The notes beneath the pieces are model-generated. The model saw nothing but the letters and a program-made list of their open reading frames with translations. It had not been told where the DNA came from and ran no database searches. 64,000 nt of DNA from Macrostomum lignano (Eukaryota): assembly GCA_002269645.1 (NCBI GenBank), contig NIVC01000571.1, forward strand, positions 248,001 through 312,000, written 5' to 3'. The position numbers and the translations under genes were made by a program. This document shows, piece by piece, positions 1 through 20,637 of the stretch. The number at the start of each line of letters is the position of its first letter. Within the stretch, counting starts at the first letter, position 1.

Positions 1-521
1 TAAGGTCAGTCCTGCAGTCCGAAGCCCTACCGGACCGCCAGAGGGCGGCGCTGTTCCAGGCGGTGATCGAGACCGTCCTGTTATACAACGCCGAGACCTG
101 GACGCTGACAGACCCGCTCGAGGCTCAAGTCGACGCGGCGCACGCTGGTCTGCTGCGCGCCGCCTTCAAGATCGGCAACGAGCGAGTCACCAACACGGCG
201 CTCTATCATCGCGCCGGCCTGGCCCGTCCTAGCGATCTGCTGCGCCGTCGGCGACTCCAGCTGGCAGGCCACGTCATCCGCGCCGAGGCCTACTGTCCGG
301 AGCCGGTGCAGGAGGTGCTGCTACTTACGTTGCAGGCACCCTACCGGCGGGGACAGGCGAGGACTCGGCGCTACGTCGACTGTCTGCTGGCTGACGCCGG
401 CGCCCCGGACTCTGCCGGCGGTGCGGCCTTTGTTCGCGCCCAAGCTTCGAAGCGCGCCATCTGACGCTGCTTTTGCGAACTGACAGCGTACTCTGTTGTT
501 GTTGTTGTTGTTGTTGTTGTT
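1..521 (+). mobile_element. RTE-clade non-LTR retrotransposon, 3' fragment with (GTT)n tail
   Basis: ORF 63..464 (VLLYNAETWTLT...RRLQLAGHVIRAE) is the C-terminus of an RTE reverse transcriptase; (GTT)n tail at ~495-521. Same family as the copy at 35664-37263. Confidence 0.85.
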
Positions 522-1170
522 ATTTTGCAATATTTAATGCCTGCTGCTATTATTGTGTTTGTTTCAATCTATCACCTGGCTTCTGTTCTGCTATGACTAT
601 GATAAGTAACTCCGGCGCCTCAGCCTAAGTAAAAAGGCTCTTACGCCACTAGAAATAATTTAGATTCCAGATTGGGAGATTGGCTTCTGTTCTGCTTTGC
701 ACCTTAGTTCTATTTATTTTACTTTGTGCGCTCTGCGTCCCTGCCCCTCACCGAGCTGCTAATTCCCCGAGCTGCTAATTCCCCTTTAGCCCCTTCTCTC
801 GACCCCCCCCCACTTGTTGTTAAAACTTCTGCCTTCCAATCATTAAGTCCCTGGCACTGCGTCCATTGCTCTCTCGATTCTCCCACACCCTGGCCCTAGC
901 CCCTTCTATCCCTTCTGCCTCTGGCACGTTGCATTTTTCTCCAATTCCTTAAGTCCCTCGGCCGGCTGCCATTGTTATCCTGTCTCTCCTGGTTGTTTCA
1001 CTAAGTCCCTTTTATTCCCTCTCCTATTCGGGGCCCTTTGCATTTTTGTCCCGCCCCCTAAGTCCCTGGTCTTTGCTCTACCGACTCTGCCTTTCTCCCT
1101 TCCTTTAGTCCCTTTAGTCCCTTTATTCCCTCGCCTTGTTACGCCCATGCGTCCCAGCTTTTGTGCACTC

Positions 1171-1620
1171 TTTCCATTTGCCTAGTCCTGCCTCTCTTTC
1201 CATTTGCCTAGTCCTGCCTCTCTTTCCATTTGCCTAGTCCTGCCTCTCTTTCCATTTGCCTAGTCCTGCCTCTCTTTCCATTTGCCTAGTCCTGCCTCTC
1301 TTTCCATTTGCCTAGTCCTGCCTCTCTTTCCATTTGCCTAGTCCTGCCTCTCTTTCCATTTGCCTAGTCCTGCCTCTCTTTCCATTTGCCTAGTCCTGCC
1401 TCTCTTTCCATTTGCCTAGTCCTGCCTCTCTTTCCATTTGCCTAGTCCTGCCTCTCTTTCCATTTGCCTAGTCCTGCCTCTCTTTCCATTTGCCTAGTCC
1501 TGCCTCTCTTTCCATTTGCCTAGTCCTGCCTCTCTTTCCATTTGCCTAGTCCTGCCTCTCTTTCCATTTGCCTAGTCCTGCCTCTCTTTCCATTTGCCTA
1601 GTCCTGCCTCTCTTCCCATT
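1171..1620. repeat. 26-bp tandem repeat (TTTCCATTTGCCTAGTCCTGCCTCTC), ~17 copies
   Basis: Near-identical direct units read from the sequence. Confidence 0.95.
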
Positions 1621-1787
1621 TGCAATGTGCCCCCTTCCCATTGGCTGTCCTCTCTTTCCCTCTCTCCTCTCTCCCCTATTCCTGTCTGTCGCCATTGGCT
1701 ATTGTACCCTTCGCCTCTGAATTGTTGCACCCTCCCCAGTCTGTATTGTATATTAAACTGATTCAATCTAATTTCTCTTTACAGTTT

Positions 1788-1828
1788 TGCTCCTGACGAA
1801 GGTTGTTTAAACCAAAACGTATTGAGCA
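1788..1828 (+). ncRNA. Degenerate minimal type-I hammerhead ribozyme (Penelope-like element end)
   Basis: TGCTC-CTGACGA-A-GGTT(GTTTA)AACC-AAAA-CGTA-TT-GAGCA; core GAAA is AAAA here, so probably inactive. Confidence 0.5.
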
Positions 1829-1875
1829 CCCTAAATCCCCTAAATCTTCTCCATCTTAGTCATTTTTTATTTGAC

Positions 1876-2766
1876 CTCTGACGCCTGCTTTCCGCAGGGA
1901 ATACTAACCCTGCCTAACCCTAATCCTCTGATGCCTGCTTTCGGCAAGGAATACTGACCCTGCCTAACCCTAACCCTGACGCCTGCTTTCGGCAAGGAAT
2001 ACTGACCCTGCCTAACCCTAACCCTCTGATGCCTGCTTTCGGCAAGGATTACTGACCCTGCCTAACCCTAACCCTCTGACGCCTGCTTTCGGCAAGGAAT
2101 ACTGACCCTGCCTAACCCTAACCCTCTGATGCCTGCTTTCGGCAAGGAATACTGACCCTGCCTAACCCTAACCCTCTGATGCCTGCTTTCGGCAAGGAAT
2201 ACTGACCCTGCCTAACCCTAACCCTCTGATGCCTGCTTTCGGCAAGGAATACTGACCCTGCCTAACCCTAACCCTCTGATGCCTGCTTTCGGCAAGGAAT
2301 ACTGACCCTGCCTAACCCTAACCCTCTGATGCCTGCTTTCGGCAAGGAATACTGACCCTGCCTAACCCTAACCCTCTGATGCCTGCTTTCGGCAAGGAAT
2401 ACTGACCCTGCCTAACCCTAACCCTCTGATGCCTGCTTTCGGCAAGGAATACTGACCCTGCCTAACCCTAACCCTCTGATGCCTGCTTTCGGCAAGGAAT
2501 ACTGACCCTGCCTAACCCTAACCCTCTGATGCCTGCTTTCGGCAAGGAATACTGACCCTGCCTAACCCTAACCCTCTGATGCCTGCTTTCGGCAAGGAAT
2601 ACTGACCCTGCCTAACCCTAACCCTCTGATGCCTGCTTTCGGCAAGGAATACTGACCCTGCCTAACCCTAACCCTCTGATGCCTGCTTTCGGCAAGGAAT
2701 ACTGACCCTGCCTAACCCTAACCCTCTGATGCCTGCTTTCGGCAAGGAATACTGACCCTGCCTAAC
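1876..2766. repeat. 50-bp satellite containing (CCCTAA)2, ~18 copies
   Basis: Unit CTCTGATGCCTGCTTTCGGCAAGGAATACTGACCCTGCCTAACCCTAACC. Confidence 0.95.
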
Positions 2767-3800
2767 TATACGCGTCTTTCTCTGGGGCCTTTGAGTTCGT
2801 GTTCTCACTTTCTTAAGATAGATGTCTAGCGGTCTAAGGTTCTTACAGCTCTTAGTCTCTCCTATCAGGCCGTCAGAGGAGACCGTATAAACTGACGGGA
2901 TCTCCTAGTATCTAAGCTGAGTTGGAGTCTCTCTAAGATTTGCTCTATGTCACAGTTAAGGCAAATAATCGATTTGAGACTCGGATTTGTGCCAACTGGA
3001 TAATCCAGAAACTAATTCAATTGGAGCAATTCAAGATCGAAAACTGTGCAGGAAAAACGAAGCGCCGCTCCCGTTTGAAATGAGCGTCTATTTATACCAA
3101 TTAGCATTTTTGGCCTCCCCCGCCGCCGGTGGGGTGTCTTCGCGTTGTTAGCAACGGCGGGGGGTTTTGAGCAATAACAAACTGTGACTCAGTCCCCTAA
3201 TTGTACATGAATTTAGTTAGTTCTAATAGGTTGCTAAGTGTGAAGGTTAGAGATTATTCGGGCTTTCGCAAATCTCTGTGTTGAGTTGGATAAAATTTGG
3301 GATAGAAAGATTATAGAAAAAGTGCTTAGTTTTCCGTCTCTTAACTCTGTCCATGAATGATTAAACAGTCCTCTGTTTCTCTCGGTTGTCAGGCAGCTTG
3401 GGGTTGATCTCGCCTTCTTGGGCAGCTTCGGGTTGGGTAGGAGTCTGTAGGTGGGCCTCACGTTTTCTCCCTCAGGGTGCGCCAGAAGATGCCGCGTGCC
3501 GCGTTGTTCTCTGAGTCAGGCCGCTGCTCAGTTTGCTTTTCCCGGCCGGTTTAGTCGCCATTGTGCCTGCGGTGGGGTGACGCTACTAACTGGAATGGAA
3601 AGAGGCTTTGTTAGATTCGGCTATTCAAATTGACTTGACAGTTGATTAATTATCTTAAAGCTGCTTCTGTTTGCTCTTCTAATAGCTATCTGGGGGTTCC
3701 ATTGTGCTCTTCTGCCTCGCCCTTCACTGCGCCTGGGCATTTCATAAATTTCTACCTATCTTCTAACTGAGAGCAAAACTTCAGATTTCTAACTCTTATA
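2767..3800. mobile_element. ~1-kb unclassified interspersed element inserted in the 50-bp satellite
   Basis: Interrupts the satellite inside its CCTAAC motif and is bounded by TATA. Its two ends (about 2767-3012 and 3698-3780) recur joined together at 22592-22920. Confidence 0.6.
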
Positions 3801-4165
3801 CTAACCCTAACCCTCTGACGCCTGCTTTCGGCAAGGAATACTGACCCTGCCTAACCCTAACCCTCTGATGCCTGCTTTCGGCAAGGAATACTGACCCTGC
3901 CTAACCCTAACCCTCTGATGCCTGCTTTCGGCAAGGATTACTGACCCTGCCTAACCCTAACCCTCTGATGCCTGCTTTCGGCAAGGAATACTGACCCTGC
4001 CTAACCCTAACCCTCTGATGCCTGCTTTCGGCAAGGAATACTGACCCTGCCTAACCCTAACCCTCTGATGCCTGCTTTCGGCAAGGATTACTGACCCTGC
4101 CTAACCCTAACCCTCTGATGCCTGCTTTCGGCAAGGAATACTGACCCTGCCTAACCCTAACACTA
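3801..4165. repeat. Continuation of the 50-bp CCCTAA-containing satellite, ~7 copies
   Basis: Same unit as 1876-2766. Confidence 0.95.
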
Positions 4166-4796
4166 ACCTCCATTAATGTAGCAGAGCAGTCAGTGCAGTT
4201 CAAAATAAACAAAAAATAATTGTAACTCAATTTAACTATTAAATTTATTTTTAATTATTCCAAGTTATTTATTTGACTGTAGCACTCAATTGAAGCACTT
4301 GGCAATAAGATGATCCTGCACAGGCTACAACATAATAATATAATATATATTAAAGTTACTAGGACACAACATTGTCGGCGGTTGAGTTACTAAGTCTAAC
4401 TTAATGTTTAATTCGGTTTGGGTTGGCTCTATAGCCTAAGGGGAAATAATATTGTCGGATAGCACTGAAACACGGTAACGAGGCACGCCGAGCGCGAGGA
4501 GGGAGAGGAAGCCTACACCAAAAAACACGAAACACCCGCACTCAAAACCGCGCCAAAACTGACCCACTAAAACCTTCAATCCTAACTTCAAAAAGTGGTA
4601 ACCAAAACAATAGAACAGAAGATGAAATAATAGACATAATTTTCCTAGAACAAAACATAAAAGCGCTTTCCCCCTAACCCCATAGTTATTACCAAAAATC
4701 CGTTATATCCATATTCAATCTCCATAGGTACACAGGAAGTTGCGCGTTGACTTCACGTGTTCATAGTTGGATGCTTGAACGCTTTCTGGCGGATCG

Positions 4797-13937
<9,141 letters not shown>

Positions 13938-14465
13938 GGCGAAAGTAATTTTTCTTTCCTTCGAGCACTGCTTCTGTGCTGGTTCGATTGTGTCTTTAGT
14001 GGCTAGAGAGACGCCTGCCTGCTGTTACTAGCTTTTATAGGCTACTTAAAAGCCATAAAAAGCACATAAGCCAAAAAAGCCATATATAGCACACTTTTTA
14101 CGCTTTGTAATTTTCAAAACTCTCTGTCTGTATCAAGAGGGCTCGGGCCGTATGCAGAAAGCTCTGTCGGGTAGTCCGGTCATAAAAAGCTAGTTTGGAC
14201 TTGGATTTGGTATGCAGAAACACAAAGTTAGACTAAACTGTCCATAACTTTTGAATGCCAGTAGCTATTAACCTAATTAAAAATGTATTGCATAGATAGA
14301 TAAAGCCGCTTTCATGAAATTTCAACGCCATTTATGCATCTGACTCTAGCTATGAACTACGTGGAAAAGTCCCACTACTTTTTGAATACCCCTCGTATAG
14401 ACAGAGACAGGGTAGCTGGACCATAGACCATAGAATGAACTACCCAAGTCCGGACTAATTAGTTT

Positions 14466-14985
14466 GGGGGGTCTTTCTCGAAAGCAACTTACGATCGACC
14501 ATAGACGTAAGTTGGGTAAGCTACACTTACGGGTTGCTCGAAGGGCTCGCAAGTTAGCTATGCGTAAGATTGATCGCAACTTTACGAGTTCGTAACTTTG
14601 CGCAAAAGACTGTTTCTCGAAACGTTCTATGGTCTTTCGTAAGGTTGATCTTAACCCTACGACTGCTCGGTATCAGTCGTAAGACGCACTTAAGCACTAA
14701 TCGCATAGTACGTGAAGCTTTAGTCAAGCCAAGTCAAGTTAAACTTTATCGAAGGTGGGTCTTTCTCGAAAGCAACTTACGATAGACTAAGTAAAGATAT
14801 TTGCAGATTTATGACCATAGACATGCAACTTTTCGTTTCAGATACGACTTACGAACAGCGTAAGCCACGCAAAGTCTAACTGAGTTTTGAGAAAGCGTCT
14901 TACGAGCAAACTTACGCTACACGTAAATTTCTTTCTTACGATCTAACTTACCATAGAACTTACGTGAGTTTCGAGAAACACCCCC
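14466..14985. mobile_element. MITE with GGGGGT(C/G)TTTCTCGAAA terminal inverted repeats (Harbinger-like)
   Basis: Left GGGGGGTCTTTCTCGAAA, right TTTCGAGAAACACCCCC; internal CTTACG/CGTAAG subrepeats. Confidence 0.6.
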
Positions 14986-15177
14986 TGGGCCATAAATCTT
15001 ATTGTGAATTATTCTCTAGATAGAAACCAAATTTGAACAGCCAGTTAGCCATGGGGGGTGCAAGCCGCCAGCTAAAAAAACCTGAATAAAGTTCAACGAG
15101 ACTGCCAACCTAGCTAAAACGCATTGAGCTGAGAAGTTGAAGTTGAGAACTACTCGTCCGCCATTGAGTACAAGACA

Positions 15178-17790
15178 TTGGTCGAAGAGCAATTGCAGCG
15201 TGAGATCGCCAGCGGGCGGTATGTGTCAGTCAGCCGACGTCCGTGCAAGATCTCCGCACTTGGTGCCATCCCGAAAGAGGACGGTGGAGTCCGTATCATC
15301 CACGACTGCAGTCGTCCGGAAGGCTGTGCGGTCAACGACCACTTTATCGCAGACCACAAGATTAAGTTTGAGACGGTTAGCGGCCTCTGCTCACAACTTA
15401 AGCCCGGTGACTTCACGGCCAAGATCGATCTCAAGGAGGCGTATCGCTCAGAAGGTGTTCATCCTTCTTCTCTCGACGCTCTGGGCATCAAATGGCAATT
15501 TAGCGGCGACAGCGAGCCTACCTACCTGTTCGACACCCGGCTGAGCTTCGGCGCTGCGGCCTCGGTGTACCATTTCAACAGGCTGTCTAAGGCGGTGGTG
15601 CGCATGATGCAAGGGCGCGGGTTCACCTGCGTCGGCTACCTCGACGACTTCGCTGTGGCTGGGAGCACCTACGAGGCCTGTGTCGAGGCTTACGAGAGCT
15701 TGAGGAGCCTAGCGACGAGCCTCGGTTTCACCATCAACGAAAAAAAGTCTAGCGGGCCGTCGCGGCGCACGGTTTTCCTGGGCGTCCTGATTGACACAGA
15801 GTCGCGGATGCTGAGCATCCCACCGGCCAAGCCCAGTGCACTCGAAGACGCACTTGGGAGCTGCTTGCATCGACGCGGTGCGATCAGCAAGCGCGACCTT
15901 CAGTGGATCTGCGGCAAGCTGTCCTGGGTGAGCAGCGTGACCAGGAAAGGCCGAGCTTCCATCCGCCCTCTACTGATGCTGGCGAGCCGGGCGACTAGAC
16001 CTGGGGACAAATTGCGGCTGACCCCGCACCTCACTGAGCTGCTGTACTGGTGGAGGAGAAGCCTTCAGTCCGTTGGCTGCGCGCCCATCTGGCCTCGCTA
16101 CGCTCGAAAGATCGTCATCGAGACTGACGCCTGCAACTCTGGTGGTGCCTGCATTGTTCGGGAGGCCAATAAGTCCGACTGGCTCGGTGTACCATTTCAA
16201 CAGGCTGTCTAAGGCGGTGGTGCGCATGATGCAACGGCGCGGGTTCACCTGCGTTGGCTACCTCGACGACTTCGCTGTGGCTGGGAGCACCTACGAGGCC
16301 TGTGTCGAGGCTTACGACAGCTTGAGGAGCCTAGCGACAAAGAAGAGCGCCAAACGGACAAGCGGCCATTCAGTCAAGCAGAAAGACTACATCAACTGGA
16401 AGATTGACGCTGGTGGTCGTTTTGCATCGGCCCACATCAACATTAAGGAGACCATCACGCCTGTCCTCAGCATCCTCGCGGCCCCGGGCCGCTTCGCCGG
16501 TGCGGACATCGTCGTGTACAGCGACAGCTCGGCGGCTGTCGGTGCGCTGAACAAGCTCAGCTCGCCATGTAACGACGTCAACCGGCTCCTGCACACGCTG
16601 TCGCTTGCCTGCGACGCGTGGGGTCTGCGGCTGCGGGCCTTTCACGTTCCAGGCGCCTTCCAGGTCCTGGCGGACCCGGCCTCTCGCCTTGCTTCTAGAA
16701 GCGGGGCGCAGAATTTTTTCTCCGCTTCTACCGCAGCCTGCATGATTTGGCTGCTGAATCCTGCTGCATCTCGCGCCACGCACTCTGCCCTGCCTCCGCC
16801 TCCCTTTTGCTTTTGCAGTTCCGGCGCCTCCTGCCTCCCGTCTACCCGGGCCGCTCCTTCGCTTCCTCGCCGACGCCTGGGCTCCTAGTACGAGGGCATC
16901 GTACGCTTCAAACCTCGAACAGTGGCAGCGCTTCTGCGACCTCGAGGGTGTTCAGCCACTAGCGGCGTCCCCGGTACACCTGGTCGAGTACGTGCGACGC
17001 CTGGCTAAGCGCGGCGTGGCACCCGGTAGCCTTGGTGGACACCTGGCGGCCGTCAGCTGGAGCTTCAAGCTGGCGCAACTCCCCGACATCACCAAGTCCG
17101 GCCTGATCGATCTGGCAGTTAAGAGCGCCAAACGGACAAGCGGCCATTCAGTCAAGCAGAAAGACCCCATCACCCCGGCTGTTCTGCTTTCACTGGCAAA
17201 CCAGATGAACCCAAGAGACCCTGCAAACGCCGACTTTTGAGCCGCCGTGCTCTGCTGCTTCTGGGCGCTTCTCAGGAAAGCAAATGTCTGCGGGCGCCAC
17301 TCCATTCTCGTCGGCGACACTCAGGCCGATAGTCAGTGCTGGAGACTCCGAGTTCGACAGTCGAAGACCAACCAATGCGGACAAGACTACCAGGAGGCGG
17401 TGCTGCCAGCGCTCGGAAGCCACCCACTATGCCCTGTCCAAGCCCTGCGGCGGCATTTTCAGACTAACAAGCTGCGGTCTGCGCCGGCGCTCACTCGGCT
17501 GTTTTGCGTCCACATCGCCGGAAGCTGGTGCCCGATGACGTCGCGTCAATTCGACCGCCGCCTCGCTCGGGCTCTGGCAGATGCGGGTTGGGCGGCGACA
17601 GCTTTCTCGGGCCACTCTCTACGGCGGGGTGGCGCCTGTCTGGCGTTCGACAGCGGCCTCGACGTGGAGCAGATAAAGCGGCTGGGCGGCTGGCGCAGCG
17701 GCGCCGTTTCACGTTACCTGCCGCAGTCGGGGGGGTTACTTCCGCCTCCTGCGCCCAATGGTCAACCGTGTGCTGCCGGCACCTCTCTAG
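15178..17790 (+). mobile_element. DIRS/Ngaro-type tyrosine-recombinase retrotransposon, 5'-truncated and disrupted
   Basis: RT (KIDLKEAY, RLSFG, YLDDF) 15178-16185; RNase H (ETDAC, HINIKE, YSDS, ADPASR) to ~16700; YR (LRKAN, FSGHSLRRGGA, LGGWRS..VSRY) ~16880-17790 with an in-frame TGA at 17238-17240; no methyltransferase seen. Confidence 0.85.
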
Positions 17791-18431
17791 CGCTCGCCTG
17801 ACTCTCCCGTCGCCGTGTACCCTACTTTTTAATCCCTTTGTTCGGGTTTTTGGGATGTTTTGCTCGTGCTCTCCAATCGTTGCCTTTGCTCTCTCCCTCC
17901 GGCCGTTCCGCTAAGGTATTTATAAATTTCAATATATGAGTGTAACAATTTGCAAGTTTACATTTTCTTACTACATCTCGTAGGATTACTATTAGCTCGT
18001 ACTATTTAAAGTCCTAGGGACTTTTTGAGTTGATAGGGCTTGTGTAGATAGATGTGGTCTAAGGCTCCAAATGGATCCGAATCTCACTGTCCGCACTGTC
18101 GAGATCGCTACGAGCTACATGTACGCACATGTATGATCTTTTCATTTAACATTTGATCTTTTGGAATTTATTGTAATGCTTGCACTATACAGCTCGTAGT
18201 TCACGTACATGTACGAGCTATGCTGAAGATATCCTCGATCATTTCTACAAAACATTGCTCCTTGCAACCAGTTGTGTTCCTAAAAACATGCAAAACACGA
18301 TTCGATTAAAACAGTGCACGTGATGTATACCCTTGTGATTTCCAAATTAGAAAGGCAAATAATAATGCACTTGTGGAGACAAACCCCTTTAAGTGTTAAC
18401 AACGCCTCGCATAATTTTTTCAGATTTTGAA

Positions 18432-19700
18432 ATGGCCGATGAGAACGAGTACGAGACTGATTGTGTAATTGTCCGGACTGAGAACATTGCTCTGCAGGAC
18501 CATAGGCCTCCTTCAGACTGTGACATCAGAAAACAGCCAGATTGTCATGAGAATGTTGGTGCGCAGACTGAGGGGAAAACTGAGAGGCAGCAAGTAGGCC
18601 CCACAATAGCTCCGGAATTGGAAAAGTGCAGCGACACCGTCGTAGTCACCAGGCAACACCTAGAGGCGATGAGGCGTTACTACATGGCAGTAAAGAGTGC
18701 CTACTTTAATTACAGCACTCTTGATGCTGATTCGGCCCTAGTGTTACAAAAGATGTTTGAACAGACTCCAGAAGTTCTCAGCACATCAAACAAACAGGGC
18801 TACAGTCCTATTGAGTCGGCACTATCACAGAAAAAGTGGACAGCAGCCACGCACCTGCTGGATTTGGCCGCTCGCAAGAATCCCAGGGCCTTGCAGCATC
18901 GCACAGCCACTGGGGATGATGCCCTGATGCTGGCGGTGACTGGCGGGGGAGAGAACGTCGTGGAAAAACTCATCAACCTGGGTTGCGGCAGTTTTGCTTG
19001 CATGCACTACAATGCGAGCGGTAGAAATGTACTACACATGTGCGCCCTCGGTTCCAGTGACACAATCCTTCATAAGATCCTTGCTTCGCTAAGCGATCTG
19101 CTGAAAAGTCAGCAGCTTGCGCCAAAATGCGTCACTGCGGCTCTGTGCACCAGCGACTGCGACGGTTGCACGCCGCTACATTACATGGCCCGCGAAAATC
19201 GAGTCAGCATGCAGAAGGCTGTGCACCAGTTCGCCCAGCAAAACCTCCTGCGGTTCGATTGGGATGTCCGCCAAACCACTGGCGACCGCCTGACGCCCCT
19301 TGCGATGGCCGCCAGAGTAAATGCGGTGGACGCCTGCCGCTTTCTGCTGCAACAAGGCCTGGTCGGCATCGACCTGAATGATCACATTGACCTGTGGCTT
19401 CAGGTGACGCTCAGTGACTCAGCCAGATCTTTGCTTGGCAGGCATTGCAAGCTGCTGGAACCAATTAATGACCTGCCAGCAGAGAACCTTCAAAAACTGC
19501 AGGATGGACTGCAGCAGAAAGGACTTACAGACGAGTTCTTATTGCAATTGCGGACTCACTGGCCTGACCTGCCCCAGCTTCCAACCGTAAGCACCGTGTT
19601 GCTTGTGAGTCAGAACTACTGCAGCTCTTGTCGTCTGGTGGCCTGGGACATACTGAAGAGCCTGGGCGCTGCTGATCTTGCCGAGTTATTGGAGGGGTAA
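18432..19700 (+). CDS. Ankyrin-repeat protein with possible C-terminal death-fold-like domain (single coding exon)
   Basis: GYSPIESAL, GDDALMLAV, GRNVLHMCA, GCTPLHYMA, LTPLAMAAR ankyrin motifs. The ORF track starts at 18393, first ATG is at 18432. Confidence 0.8.
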   Translation: MADENEYETDCVIVRTENIALQDHRPPSDCDIRKQPDCHENVGAQTEGKTERQQVGPTIAPELEKCSDTVVVTRQHLEAMRRYYMAVKSAYFNYSTLDADSALVLQKMFEQTPEVLSTSNKQGYSPIESALSQKKWTAATHLLDLAARKNPRALQHRTATGDDALMLAVTGGGENVVEKLINLGCGSFACMHYNASGRNVLHMCALGSSDTILHKILASLSDLLKSQQLAPKCVTAALCTSDCDGCTPLHYMARENRVSMQKAVHQFAQQNLLRFDWDVRQTTGDRLTPLAMAARVNAVDACRFLLQQGLVGIDLNDHIDLWLQVTLSDSARSLLGRHCKLLEPINDLPAENLQKLQDGLQQKGLTDEFLLQLRTHWPDLPQLPTVSTVLLVSQNYCSSCRLVAWDILKSLGAADLAELLEG

Positions 19701-20637
19701 TTGGAGGGGGCCGTTTGGGTAATTTGATAATTGATTAAATTTATGATTGAACTAATTGATTGAATTGATAACTGAAGTGTTAAGTTTTACATGTATTTGT
19801 GTGTGAAACCCAAAAATTATATTAATTATTTAAATTTCAATTTAATCAAGATTCATTAAGATTTTTCCCTTCTATGGACAAAAATTCAAGCAGAATAATC
19901 TTTTTAGCTCGTACTTATAGATTTCAGATTTTTCGAACAGCCGACTTACGAATAGTAGATACGCTCGTATCTAGAGTCATTTAAGCCGCTTTTGCTGCTA
20001 CTTATTTACTTACTACTGACGGGGGCGCAGGCGCCGCGAATAGGCCGCAAGGCCCCTATCGCAACCCCAAAGCTTTTGCTGCTAGTTTTTCATGAACCTC
20101 TGGAAGCACTGGCATGAGTCCTAATCCCTTAAGTCCCATACTCAATCACAGACTACATTTTGTAAAAAGACACAAAATGGCGTAAATTATTAATACATTG
20201 TATTTGGTGGGGCTGGATATTTTAAATTATAATTTGCCTTCGCATTCAGATGCACGTAAAAGCATCGTTTTTTGCAGGATACACAAATTTTTTTCGCTTG
20301 GTGAATAAAAATTGGTATTCAAAACACACAAACTTATAAAATGTGCATTTCGATGTGACGACCCCTTTATAGTGCGCTCGTACCGTTTAGCTCGTATCGG
20401 CCTTTGCTGTTTAACTGATGAGTCAATGAGTTTAATTACTGCAACACACTGAAAAAGGCCTTCAACGTAGAAGCAGAATATGCCCACTGCTCCTTCTTCT
20501 TGTCGTGCCAGGCTCGAAAGGCATTGACCATCCATTGACGCTTCTTCTTTGTTCCCTCCGGGACAACGGATGTAATTATCTCTTCCAGTCTCTGCTCCTC
20601 AGCCACTTTAAGTAGAGTTGATAAATTATCTGTATAA

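Noticed and set aside
1876-4165. True telomere or telomere-addition site
   Set aside because: Only two hexamers per 50-bp unit, embedded in a complex satellite with unique sequence on both sides.
19899-20086. Short non-autonomous Helitron (TC start, GC hairpin, CTAG end)
   Set aside because: Ends are suggestive, but there is no second copy in the window to confirm the boundaries.
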